DNA from: a virus
Taxonomy: Duplodnaviria; Caudoviricetes
Virus record (IMG/VR): IMGVR_UViG_3300021959_000041
Location: 1 to 59,822 of that record
Reading direction: 5' to 3' (one strand)
Length of the DNA: 59,822 bases
A program made the translations under genes and the position numbers. Shown piece by piece: positions 1-7,042 of this stretch; within the stretch, counting starts at the first letter, position 1; each line of letters opens with the position of its first letter. The notes beneath the pieces were generated by a model. That model was given only the letters and a program-made list of their open reading frames with translations. It was not told the origin of the DNA and did no database searches.

Positions 1-50
1 CCGAACTTTGTTTTTTTACCTTTACGGTACTTTTTATTCATCTTACTCAT
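1..50 (-). CDS. small basic protein, truncated by window edge (MSKMNKKYRKGKKTKF...)
   Basis: Read manually; its ATG overlaps the TGA of the upstream small ORF (ATGA coupling). Confidence 0.5.
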   Translation of the reverse strand, partial: MSKMNKKYRKGKKTKF

Positions 51-202
51 TTCTTACTTTTTTTTGCGTAGTTAGGGTCTTTACAATATTTACTAGCTGC
101 CATGTTTGCATAGGCAGACGGATACGTATCGAACGTTCTCTTTGCCCAAGCGATACCTGCTGGACAGATTTTGTTTTTACGACCTGTTTTTTTCTTAGCC
201 AT
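47..202 (-). CDS. 51-aa basic phage protein (MAKKKTGRKNKICPAGIAWAKRTFDTYPSAYAN...)
   Basis: Read manually, below ORF-track cutoff; translationally coupled at both ends; YPSAYAN motif familiar from aquatic phage proteins. Confidence 0.75.
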   Translation of the reverse strand: MAKKKTGRKNKICPAGIAWAKRTFDTYPSAYANMAASKYCKDPNYAKKSKK

Positions 203-306
203 TAATACTTAGACTTAACTTTTTTACCAGTTTTTTTTGCATGCTTTTTTGCAGCTGCTTTTCCTTTTTTTGTGTAACTAAACTTTTTACTTCCTACTGT
301 TGGCAT
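202..306 (-). CDS. 34-aa Lys-rich peptide (MPTVGSKKFSYTKKGKAAAKKHAKKTGKKVKSKY)
   Basis: Read manually; A-rich leader; TAATG coupling to next gene. Confidence 0.7.
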   Translation of the reverse strand: MPTVGSKKFSYTKKGKAAAKKHAKKTGKKVKSKY

Positions 307-405
307 AATTTGTTTTTTTATAAATTAACATATTAGGGTAGTCTTTCGTGTTACCCTTTGGACACGTGTAATTGTATTTGTTTTTATCTAAAGAACTCTT
401 CTCCA

Positions 406-654
406 TTATTTTTTATTCATGTGATTTTTTGTTCTCATAGTAGCGTGAAGAATTTTTTCTTCTCTCGAACCCTTTGGTGCGTATACCATTTTAGATTTAC
501 CTGTCGAAGGGTTGTAAATCTCTACATCCCCTGGTGTTGAATTTATTCTTTTGATTGCTGAGTTACGAAATCCCACTGAGTCGTAATTGTCCATTTTACG
601 GATTCCTACTGACTTGGAATTATTTTTCTTACTAGGTCTTATTCCTTTTGGCAT
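406..654 (-). CDS. basic hypothetical protein, 82 aa
   Basis: ORF track; TATCTTTG promoter element on minus strand at 671-678. Confidence 0.7.
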   Translation of the reverse strand: MPKGIRPSKKNNSKSVGIRKMDNYDSVGFRNSAIKRINSTPGDVEIYNPSTGKSKMVYAPKGSREEKILHATMRTKNHMNKK

Positions 655-692
655 AATATTGTTATTTTTACAAAGATAAGAAATCTAATATA

Positions 693-1136
693 ATGAAATT
701 AAAAGTTAATGACTGCCTAAAGTACTGGCGAGTCATACGCTATTTTATCAAACAAAAGTATGGTCTGACTACCGGCGATTTAGATATGCTTTTATTTCTT
801 TACAGTGAAGATATATTCTCAAAAGAAAAGTTTGAAGAGTTTGACAACCTACTCTCATGGGACGAAGATAGATTTGATAGACTGCTTAGAGATGGTTGGA
901 TAGAAGTATTTCGCCGTAGGCGAAAAAAATTCAAGACACTGTATGGCCTCACGTTTAAAACTCAAAGAGTCATTAGCGGTATCTATAAGAAGCTTAGTGG
1001 GGAAGAAATACCTACAGACATGAGCAACAACCCTATCTTTGCAAAGAATGTAAAATTTTCAGACAAGGTTTACAAGAAGATGATTATAGAGATGAACGCT
1101 TCTATAAGACAACAACGACGTCTTTCTCCTGAATAA
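693..1136 (+). CDS. putative winged-helix DNA-binding protein
   Basis: YGLTTGDLDMLLFL ... FDRLLRDGWIEVF ... LYGLT pattern resembles MarR-type wHTH; 147 aa. Confidence 0.55.
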   Translation: MKLKVNDCLKYWRVIRYFIKQKYGLTTGDLDMLLFLYSEDIFSKEKFEEFDNLLSWDEDRFDRLLRDGWIEVFRRRRKKFKTLYGLTFKTQRVISGIYKKLSGEEIPTDMSNNPIFAKNVKFSDKVYKKMIIEMNASIRQQRRLSPE

Positions 1137-1359
1137 TTGTGAAAGGTTCATCGTTTATTATCATAGAGTATCCTGAGCGCTTGTCATAAAAAATAAAGTC
1201 ACCCTCATCTAAAACAGCTACTTCTGTACCTGATTTTATTATCACTCCTTTTTTGTATCTTAGCTGGTTGGCATCTTCTGAACTTAGAAGAAGTCCTGAT
1301 GAAGTTTTAATCTCTTCATCAATCGTTTTAATAATTATATTCTTACCTATCGGTTTCAT
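1102..1359 (-). CDS. groES: co-chaperonin GroES (Cpn10)
   Basis: MKPIGKNIII...KTSSGLLL...KGVIIKSG...GDFIFY...IIQEKDVVVVL; downstream of groEL. Confidence 0.9.
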   Translation of the reverse strand: MKPIGKNIIIKTIDEEIKTSSGLLLSSEDANQLRYKKGVIIKSGTEVAVLDEGDFIFYDKRSGYSMIINDEPFTIIQEKDVVVVL

Positions 1360-1546
1360 AATACGAACAAAATATTTCAGTTATGTATGTTACTTCACAG
1401 ATTCCATCAACGCACATTATATCTTCCTTCTGATATTGGTCTACTTTGTATGTAATACATCTATCGTCATCTTTAGTACAAGAAGCTGCCATAAAAAACA
1501 AAAGTATCAATAGAAAAAGTATGATGTAATCCAAAATTTTTTTCAT
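1343..1546 (-). CDS. small lipoprotein
   Basis: MKK, hydrophobic stretch, then AASC lipobox-like Cys; further Cys residues follow. Confidence 0.65.
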   Translation of the reverse strand: MKKILDYIILFLLILLFFMAASCTKDDDRCITYKVDQYQKEDIMCVDGICEVTYITEIFCSYYETDR

Positions 1547-1725
1547 TTGCTATTTTTATAATCAAGCACAAACCCAATCGCTACAAGTAAATTCATTCCT
1601 ACTGAAGAGGCTATCTCCACCAAGTCATGAAACGAATGTATCGATAAATGCACATGCCCTACAATCCAAAAAGGTATGGCTAAGTTTTGGCTTATCCAAA
1701 TAAGTGTAAACTTAACTAGCCTCAT
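1543..1725 (-). CDS. small membrane protein (two predicted hydrophobic helices)
   Basis: 60 aa, two hydrophobic segments, overlaps both neighbours. Confidence 0.65.
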   Translation of the reverse strand: MRLVKFTLIWISQNLAIPFWIVGHVHLSIHSFHDLVEIASSVGMNLLVAIGFVLDYKNSK

Positions 1726-3307
1726 AAGTTCTCGCCATTGTTACAATCGCATTAGTAGATAGTATGGTCACCGCAACACTTACAGCGTTTTGTAGTGCCT
1801 GCTTTGTTACCTTCATGGGGTCTATAATTCCAAGCTCTATTAGGTCACCTTCTTTCCCGCTCTTCACATCCAGACCTATGTTCTTCTCGTTATACACTCT
1901 ACTGTTCTGTATCCCTGCGTTCTCTTGTATCTGCTTAAGCGGCTCTAGCAGCGCCCCCCCCAAAATCGCCTTGGCGATTTTTTTTGAGCTACTTTTTGAC
2001 CCTTTTAGTAATAAACCCTCTTGATACAGAGCCAGTCCTGCCCCAGGGAGTATGCCTTCCTCTAGGGCACTACGGACTGCGCACACTGCGTCATCAACTC
2101 TATCGAACAGTTCCTTTTGCTCTAGGTCTGTGTTCCCACCTACGTAAATAACACCAACCCCACCTGTGAGGGATGCTATACGAGAGAGGATAAACTCCTT
2201 GTCCATCTTCTTAACTGTTACGGAATGGGCTTCCCAGAGCTGTGCTACCCTCTTATCGATTAGCTTCTCATCCACATGAGAATCATCTTTGATTATTATA
2301 CTAGAGTCTTTCCCTACGATTATCTTCTTTGCACGACCCAGGTCTTCAAAGGACATAATGCTCATATCGTCTCCAGTTTTTTCTGAAAAATAAGTAGCCC
2401 CTACTGACAGAGCTATGTCTTGCATCAGTTCATGTTGCTTATAGCCAAAGGAGGGTGGAATTATGGCACAAAGCTTCAAGCTGTTCTTCATCACATTCGC
2501 CGCTAGGGTGTTTATGACTTGTTGTGAACAAGGCGCTACTATTAATAATTTTTTTCCTTCATTGATAATTGGTTTTAATATATTCTCAATGACAAGTATG
2601 TTGTTTATCTCTGCATCAGATACAAGGACATGTACATCCTCCATGATACACTCATCCTTTTTTTGATTGTTGATAAACAGAGGCGATGAGTACCCTCTGT
2701 CTATCTTCAATCCGTTTGTGGTTTCAAAGCCGGTCTCAGACCCTTGAGCTTTCTCCACCGTTACTATCCCGTTTTTTCCTATAGATGTGTATGTGTCTGC
2801 TATTATCTTCCCTACATGGGTGTCATTGTTTGCAGATATGGTTGCCACATCTAGTAATTTTTTATCGGACACTTTGCGTGAGCGCTTCTTTAGATTGCTC
2901 ACTACATCCTCGGTCAAAGAAACCATATCACGTAGGACCTGGGTTTTATTGTCTGCATCTTCAAGCTCCTCTATACCTGTGCGAACTAATGCTTCTGTCA
3001 GAACAATAGCCGTAGTCGTTCCATCCCCTGCATTAGCTGCAGTACGAGACGCTGCCTCTCTCATCATCTGAACCGCTAGGTTCTCTACCGGGTCTAATAG
3101 TTGTATGGACTTAGCTACAGTAACCCCATCCTTAGTCACAGTTATCCCATGGGTATGACTAGCTGACTCTATTAGAACAGTATTACCCATAGGCCCAAGC
3201 GTAGACTTTACAGCCTTAGACATTTTCGTTATTCCTTTGATTAGTTTAGACCTAGCCTCTTTAGAAAAGTGCAAGTCTTTCGGTGAGTACCCTCCAGTAG
3301 TTTCCAT
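1712..3307 (-). CDS. groEL: chaperonin GroEL (Cpn60), phage-encoded
   Basis: TLGPMG, VTKDGVTVAK, AGDGTTTA, RVDDAVCAVRSALEEGILPGAG and GIIDPMKV motifs; lacks the GGM tail. Confidence 0.97.
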   Translation of the reverse strand: METTGGYSPKDLHFSKEARSKLIKGITKMSKAVKSTLGPMGNTVLIESASHTHGITVTKDGVTVAKSIQLLDPVENLAVQMMREAASRTAANAGDGTTTAIVLTEALVRTGIEELEDADNKTQVLRDMVSLTEDVVSNLKKRSRKVSDKKLLDVATISANNDTHVGKIIADTYTSIGKNGIVTVEKAQGSETGFETTNGLKIDRGYSSPLFINNQKKDECIMEDVHVLVSDAEINNILVIENILKPIINEGKKLLIVAPCSQQVINTLAANVMKNSLKLCAIIPPSFGYKQHELMQDIALSVGATYFSEKTGDDMSIMSFEDLGRAKKIIVGKDSSIIIKDDSHVDEKLIDKRVAQLWEAHSVTVKKMDKEFILSRIASLTGGVGVIYVGGNTDLEQKELFDRVDDAVCAVRSALEEGILPGAGLALYQEGLLLKGSKSSSKKIAKAILGGALLEPLKQIQENAGIQNSRVYNEKNIGLDVKSGKEGDLIELGIIDPMKVTKQALQNAVSVAVTILSTNAIVTMARTYEAS

Positions 3308-3352
3308 TCGATTTGATTTAATTACTCAAATATATAAAAAGTTTTTTATCCA

Positions 3353-3540
3353 ATGACACTATGACGAAAATTTTCTCCTATATCTCTCTATATAAATTTT
3401 ATATTTTATTTTTTTTCTTATATACGACCCCTTCTCTTTTCGTCATTTCGTCATAAAAAAAAGTAAAGTATTAATAATCAATAAGTTAAAGCATGACGAC
3501 TTTGATTATTTTCGTCATGGATATGACGAACTTCGTCATA
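3353..3540. repeat. cluster of ATGACGAA/TTCGTCAT octamers around an AT-rich tract (iteron-like, candidate origin or operator)
   Basis: Copies at 3361, 3439, 3447, 3493 (one mismatch), 3511, 3523, 3532, degenerate at 3353; both orientations; palindrome 3522-3540; non-coding. Confidence 0.8.
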
Positions 3541-3589
3541 ATTCATATCTATTTAGAATTATTCTAAATTATTTCTAATTAATATTTCT

Positions 3590-3624
3590 TTAAAAATAGA
3601 AAAAGCTACCCCTGAAGGTAGCTT
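3590..3624 (-). terminator. intrinsic terminator
   Basis: AAGCTACC/GGTAGCTT hairpin followed on the minus strand by TTCTATTTTT. Confidence 0.75.
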
Positions 3625-3664
3625 CCCTAAACACTAACTAACTAACAAATATGAACTAATATGA

Positions 3665-3850
3665 TTAATTCATAAACTTTTCGAGCATCTTAGCTCGCTG
3701 AATACCTTCAGCAATCTGCTCACTATTTCTTTGAGCCTTAACCATCTTTCTAAGCTTTGCAGCTTTTTCAATTCCCATCATTCCATCAGGTCGGTCATTA
3801 ATAAGTCTACCATCCTTGACGTATAGACCATCTACAAAATTATCTTTCAT
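3665..3850 (-). CDS. hypothetical protein, 61 aa (MKDNFVDGLYVKDGRLIN...)
   Basis: ORF track 3665..3907; ATG at 3850 preferred because it follows the upstream ORF stop. Confidence 0.7.
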   Translation of the reverse strand: MKDNFVDGLYVKDGRLINDRPDGMMGIEKAAKLRKMVKAQRNSEQIAEGIQRAKMLEKFMN

Positions 3851-3852
3851 AA

Positions 3853-3993
3853 TTAATATTTTATTACTATGCTTATGAGTCCTAGAAAAACTGTCACCTC
3901 GGACCAATCATGTTGCTCGTCCTCTGCATAGTATTGAAAGCCTATTGCAAATCCGATGCGTATACGATTGTGAATTTCTATATCCCACGGCAT
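3853..3993 (-). CDS. hypothetical protein, 46 aa (MPWDIEIHNRIRIGFAIGFQYY...)
   Basis: Read manually; TACCTTTG promoter element 3 nt upstream (3997-4004). Confidence 0.7.
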   Translation of the reverse strand: MPWDIEIHNRIRIGFAIGFQYYAEDEQHDWSEVTVFLGLISIVIKY

Positions 3994-4380
3994 ATACAAA
4001 GGTACAAAAAAATTACATTAGTTATCTAGAGTGTTTGGGTTCTCTACCATCTCACGTTGCATACCCCCAAAAGCAAAGTCGATTTTTTTTTTCGACCAGT
4101 TTTCAATTCATTTTATTTCCTCCAACTTTTTTGGCTTTTTCCCCTGTCAACCCTTGGTATCATTGACCTTCCCTCCAGAAAAACTAGGGAAACTTTCCAG
4201 AAGTTTTGTTTGTCCAACAAAGGTAGACCTTCCCTTTAATATCTCAAAGAATTAAATCCCTCCTCAATAAAAAGAAAGGAAAGAATGTTGATAACTTTTT
4301 GACTACCAGTGTTAATGCGACCTCACAATTCACTTTACTAAATTAATAGTGTATAAAATATAGTATTACAAAAAAATAAA

Positions 4381-4411
4381 TTTGGAATTACAAAATAAAA
4401 GATTACCTTTG
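4381..4411 (+). promoter_or_regulatory. Bacteroidota housekeeping-sigma promoter (early P1)
   Basis: TTTG (4381-4384), 19-nt spacer, TACCTTTG (4404-4411); matches the -33/-7 consensus. Confidence 0.85.
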
Positions 4412-4443
4412 GATTTTAAATAACAAATTAAAACACACAAATT

Positions 4444-4641
4444 ATGAGAAAAATTACATTTAATGAGTCAAAGGAAATAATCGAAGTAATATTAAAATTA
4501 GCAGATGATTATAAAAAAGGAAGATTTGATAAGAAGATACTTGAGGAAGTTATTACAAAAATTTACAAAGATTCAGGTTGCCAGACAGAAAAGGAAATCC
4601 AGAAAATTGTAGACAATTCATTCAGCAAGTTCCTCGGCTAA
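4444..4641 (+). CDS. early hypothetical protein, 65 aa
   Basis: ORF track; first gene after promoter; A-rich leader. Confidence 0.8.
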   Translation: MRKITFNESKEIIEVILKLADDYKKGRFDKKILEEVITKIYKDSGCQTEKEIQKIVDNSFSKFLG

Positions 4642-4699
4642 GCGAGGTTAAAGAGGCATTAGGCTTAGTGCGTTCCAGTCTTCGGACTGGAGGTTGTTT
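4632..4699 (+). ncRNA. pistol self-cleaving ribozyme
   Basis: P1 CCTCG/CGAGG; loop GCTAAG pairs with CTTAGT (pseudoknot); TTAAA linker; P2 AGGCA/TGTTT; TTAGG; GCGT; P3 TCCAGTC-TTCG-GACTGGA; GGT cleavage junction. Colinear with the env25 pistol architecture. Confidence 0.88.
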
Positions 4700-4719
4700 A
4701 ACTTAAAAACTAACAAATT

Positions 4720-4839
4720 ATGAACTTTGAATTTAATTGTGCATACTGCGACAAACCAGTAGCAACGACAACAACACCAGAAGGATTTTTTCAAGTCCTT
4801 GATGGGTGTGAATGTATAACTAATAATAACAAATCATGA
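4720..4839 (+). CDS. 39-aa Cys-rich (CxxC...CxC) peptide
   Basis: Read manually: MNFEFNCAYCDKP...GCEC; ATGA overlap with ardC. Confidence 0.65.
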   Translation: MNFEFNCAYCDKPVATTTTPEGFFQVLDGCECITNNNKS

Positions 4840-5723
4840 AAAACATATACGATAAAATCAATGACCAAGTCCTAGAGGGCTTGGAGAAAGAAGGCTTGAA
4901 CTGGTTCAGACCATGGAAGTCTGGACAGGCTAATCAGCCGATGAACTACTCAACTGGGAAGTTTTACAAAGGCTTTAACATCTTCATGCTCAACTTTGAG
5001 ATGGTCGATAAGGAGTATGAGTATAACCAGTGGATGACCTACAAACAGGCTCAAGCTAAAGGTGGACAGGTCAAGACTGGCTCAAAGTCTACTGATGTTT
5101 ACTTCTACAAAGTTTCTTACCAGAACACTAAAACAGGAGAGTATTCAGATACTCCTACAGGTGACCTTAAAGACTGGAGAAAGACCTTTGCGATTAGATA
5201 CTTCAAAGTATTTAATATCGCCCAGACTGAAGGCTTAGAGCCACTACCAGTGGAGGAGTTTGAGCCAACTGAAGACCAGACTAATGAGATGGCTAAGAAC
5301 CTGTCAACAGGATACTTAGAGAGAGAGTCAATCACTATCAATCCATTTGGTAGGAGTGCATCTTATAGTCCATCCAGAGACCACATTGAGATGCCATCAC
5401 TGGAGACCTTCTGTGACTCGGACTCATACTACAAGACTTTGTTTCATGAGATGGCTCATTCAACTGGTCATGAGACTAGGCTCAAAAGAGCCACTCTAAT
5501 GGATGTTGCACACTGGGGTGACAATACCTACTCCAAGGAGGAGTTAGTCGCTGAGATATCAGCTATGTACCTTGTAGGGATATTGGGACTTGAACCTCAA
5601 GACTCGACCTTCAATTCACAGGCTTATATCAAGGGATGGTGCAAACACCTTAGAGACAAGTCCAGAGAGTGTGTTAATGCGATGCAACAAGCTACCAAGG
5701 TAGTGGAGTTCATCCAAGGATAG
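4836..5723 (+). CDS. ardC: antirestriction protein ArdC (ssDNA-binding domain plus zincin-like domain)
   Basis: WFRPW, YKGFN, WMTYKQAQAKGGQVK, YFKVFN, LFHEMAHSTGH, YSKEELVAE motifs. Confidence 0.92.
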   Translation: MKNIYDKINDQVLEGLEKEGLNWFRPWKSGQANQPMNYSTGKFYKGFNIFMLNFEMVDKEYEYNQWMTYKQAQAKGGQVKTGSKSTDVYFYKVSYQNTKTGEYSDTPTGDLKDWRKTFAIRYFKVFNIAQTEGLEPLPVEEFEPTEDQTNEMAKNLSTGYLERESITINPFGRSASYSPSRDHIEMPSLETFCDSDSYYKTLFHEMAHSTGHETRLKRATLMDVAHWGDNTYSKEELVAEISAMYLVGILGLEPQDSTFNSQAYIKGWCKHLRDKSRECVNAMQQATKVVEFIQG

Positions 5724-5760
5724 CATGGTGCTTGGGGAGGTTCGATTCCTCCCCTATTCA
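5718..5760 (+). ncRNA. miniature tRNA-like element 1
   Basis: GGATA/TATTC stem, GCA-TGG-TGC mini hairpin, GGGGAGG-TTCGATT-CCTCCCC T-arm; overlaps ardC stop. Confidence 0.7.
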
Positions 5761-5804
5761 CGACTTAAATGTCAATAAATAAATAGTAACTAAATAAACA
5801 AATT

Positions 5805-6110
5805 ATGAAAAACGATTTTAAAGATAAAGTTAACTGCTTAAAATTCTCTATCGGAGACAGGTTTGAATTATCAATCTCTGATGTAGGTAGGGGAGGAGGA
5901 GCATGTTGGAAGGAAGTGTTAATATGGGATGCTGAATTTGAGTCTGAATTTTCAGATAAAAAAGGAGGATTTCTAGACAACTTCAACGAAGGGTGCTTAG
6001 GTGTTAATGGTCTGCATGAGGTAATCCTCAAAGCAGTCAAACACTGCAACAATGTACTCATGAATGAGATGATTGAAGAGGGTGATAAAAGGTTCATCAC
6101 TTTAGACTAG
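5805..6110 (+). CDS. early hypothetical protein, 101 aa
   Basis: ORF track; A-rich leader typical of this region. Confidence 0.8.
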   Translation: MKNDFKDKVNCLKFSIGDRFELSISDVGRGGGACWKEVLIWDAEFESEFSDKKGGFLDNFNEGCLGVNGLHEVILKAVKHCNNVLMNEMIEEGDKRFITLD

Positions 6111-6148
6111 CTTGGAGCAGGGGAGGGTTCGACTCCCTCCTTAGTCTC
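6104..6148 (+). ncRNA. miniature tRNA-like element 2
   Basis: AGACTA/TAGTCT stem, GCT-TGG-AGC mini hairpin, GGGAGGG-TTCGACT-CCCTCCT T-arm; overlaps stop codon. Confidence 0.7.
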
Positions 6149-6162
6149 AATGTTTACAGGGC

Positions 6163-6195
6163 TTTAGGAATTGTCAAATATTCTTTGTAGCTTTA
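6163..6195 (+). promoter_or_regulatory. early promoter P2 (variant)
   Basis: TTTAGGAATTGTCA ... TAGCTTTA; shares GGAATT and spacing with P1 and P3. Confidence 0.6.
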
Positions 6196-6235
6196 CAAAC
6201 ATTATACAAACATTTTACTAACTAAATTAAAAATT

Positions 6236-6940
6236 ATGAATACAGAAAATAAACAACACAAATTAAACACTAACGAGTATCAACTGCTTCACGAGTGGTT
6301 GAGGTCACTCAATAAAGTCCAAGAACATAGACCCGATAAAATTACTATATCTGATTATGCTAGCTATGTATTATCACAAAACCCAACCGAGTGGTGGGCC
6401 AATTATGAAAACCATTTAGCAAATTCATTTAAACTATCTGATGGCTCTTATTGGGCTAACAATGGAAAGTATCAAAAGTTTGCTGATAAGGTTGAAAAGC
6501 TAGTGCCTATTAGAGATGCGGTAATAAAACATCTTCCTTACTCTCTTGAGCCTAAGCAATCATTTAAACCTTTGCTTGAATGTTTCAGAGTGTACTCTAA
6601 TATCTACTACGATTTGTACAACAATGGTGGCACAAATAAGTATGATAGAAGAGAAGTACCTAATGAACTTTACGGAGATTATTCTTGGGAGTATTACTGG
6701 AGGGATGATACTGACGAAGAAGTGGTTGATACCATCGACAAGTATTTAAAGTTGCCGGAAAGCAAGAGCCTAAAGTATAACTACCAAGAGGAAGTTGAAG
6801 CTTACTACGATGGGGGTAGGTCGGCCGCCAATAGATACTATATCGAAAGAGTCGGAGACCAACTCCTAGAGAAACTCCAAGAAGCCTACAAGAGTGAAAA
6901 TGCTCATCTCTTAGAAAGGCTTGAAGGAGTCGAGGCATAG
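6236..6940 (+). CDS. early hypothetical protein, 234 aa (YYDLYNNGG motif)
   Basis: ORF track; long ORF with A-rich leader. Confidence 0.85.
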   Translation: MNTENKQHKLNTNEYQLLHEWLRSLNKVQEHRPDKITISDYASYVLSQNPTEWWANYENHLANSFKLSDGSYWANNGKYQKFADKVEKLVPIRDAVIKHLPYSLEPKQSFKPLLECFRVYSNIYYDLYNNGGTNKYDRREVPNELYGDYSWEYYWRDDTDEEVVDTIDKYLKLPESKSLKYNYQEEVEAYYDGGRSAANRYYIERVGDQLLEKLQEAYKSENAHLLERLEGVEA

Positions 6941-6980
6941 GGATGCATGGTGCGAGGGCAGTTCGATTCTGCCCATCCCA
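6940..6980 (+). ncRNA. miniature tRNA-like element 3
   Basis: GGGAT/ATCCC stem, GCA-TGG-TGC mini hairpin, GGGCAG-TTCGATT-CTGCCC T-arm; starts in stop codon. Confidence 0.7.
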
Positions 6981-6986
6981 CAAAGA

Positions 6987-7018
6987 TTTGGAATTGTCAT
7001 TTCAGTTCCATACCTTTA
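6987..7018 (+). promoter_or_regulatory. early promoter P3
   Basis: TTTG (6987-6990), 20-nt spacer, TACCTTTA (7011-7018). Confidence 0.7.
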
Positions 7019-7042
7019 CAAAAGTTTTACAAACACAGAACT

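Noticed and set aside
370-386. Programmed -1 frameshift upstream of the 335-366 pseudoknot
   Set aside because: T AAA AAC is not a proper slippery heptamer, the spacer is about 13 nt, and a -1 shift would not join the next gene
3353-3540. CRISPR mini-array
   Set aside because: Repeats are 8 bp, in both orientations, irregularly spaced; no cas genes
3945-4255. Three overlapping plus-strand ORFs
   Set aside because: TTG starts, Phe-rich from T-tracts, upstream of the first early promoter; likely spurious
5718-6980. Calling the GTTCGA hairpins real tRNA genes or prophage att sites
   Set aside because: Only 41-45 nt, no anticodon arm; copies differ in sequence and no integrase is seen, so they are reported as tRNA-like elements
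6947-7042. N-terminal extension of the ART ORF given in the ORF track
   Set aside because: It runs through tRNA-like element 3 and promoter P3; ATG 7043 fits better
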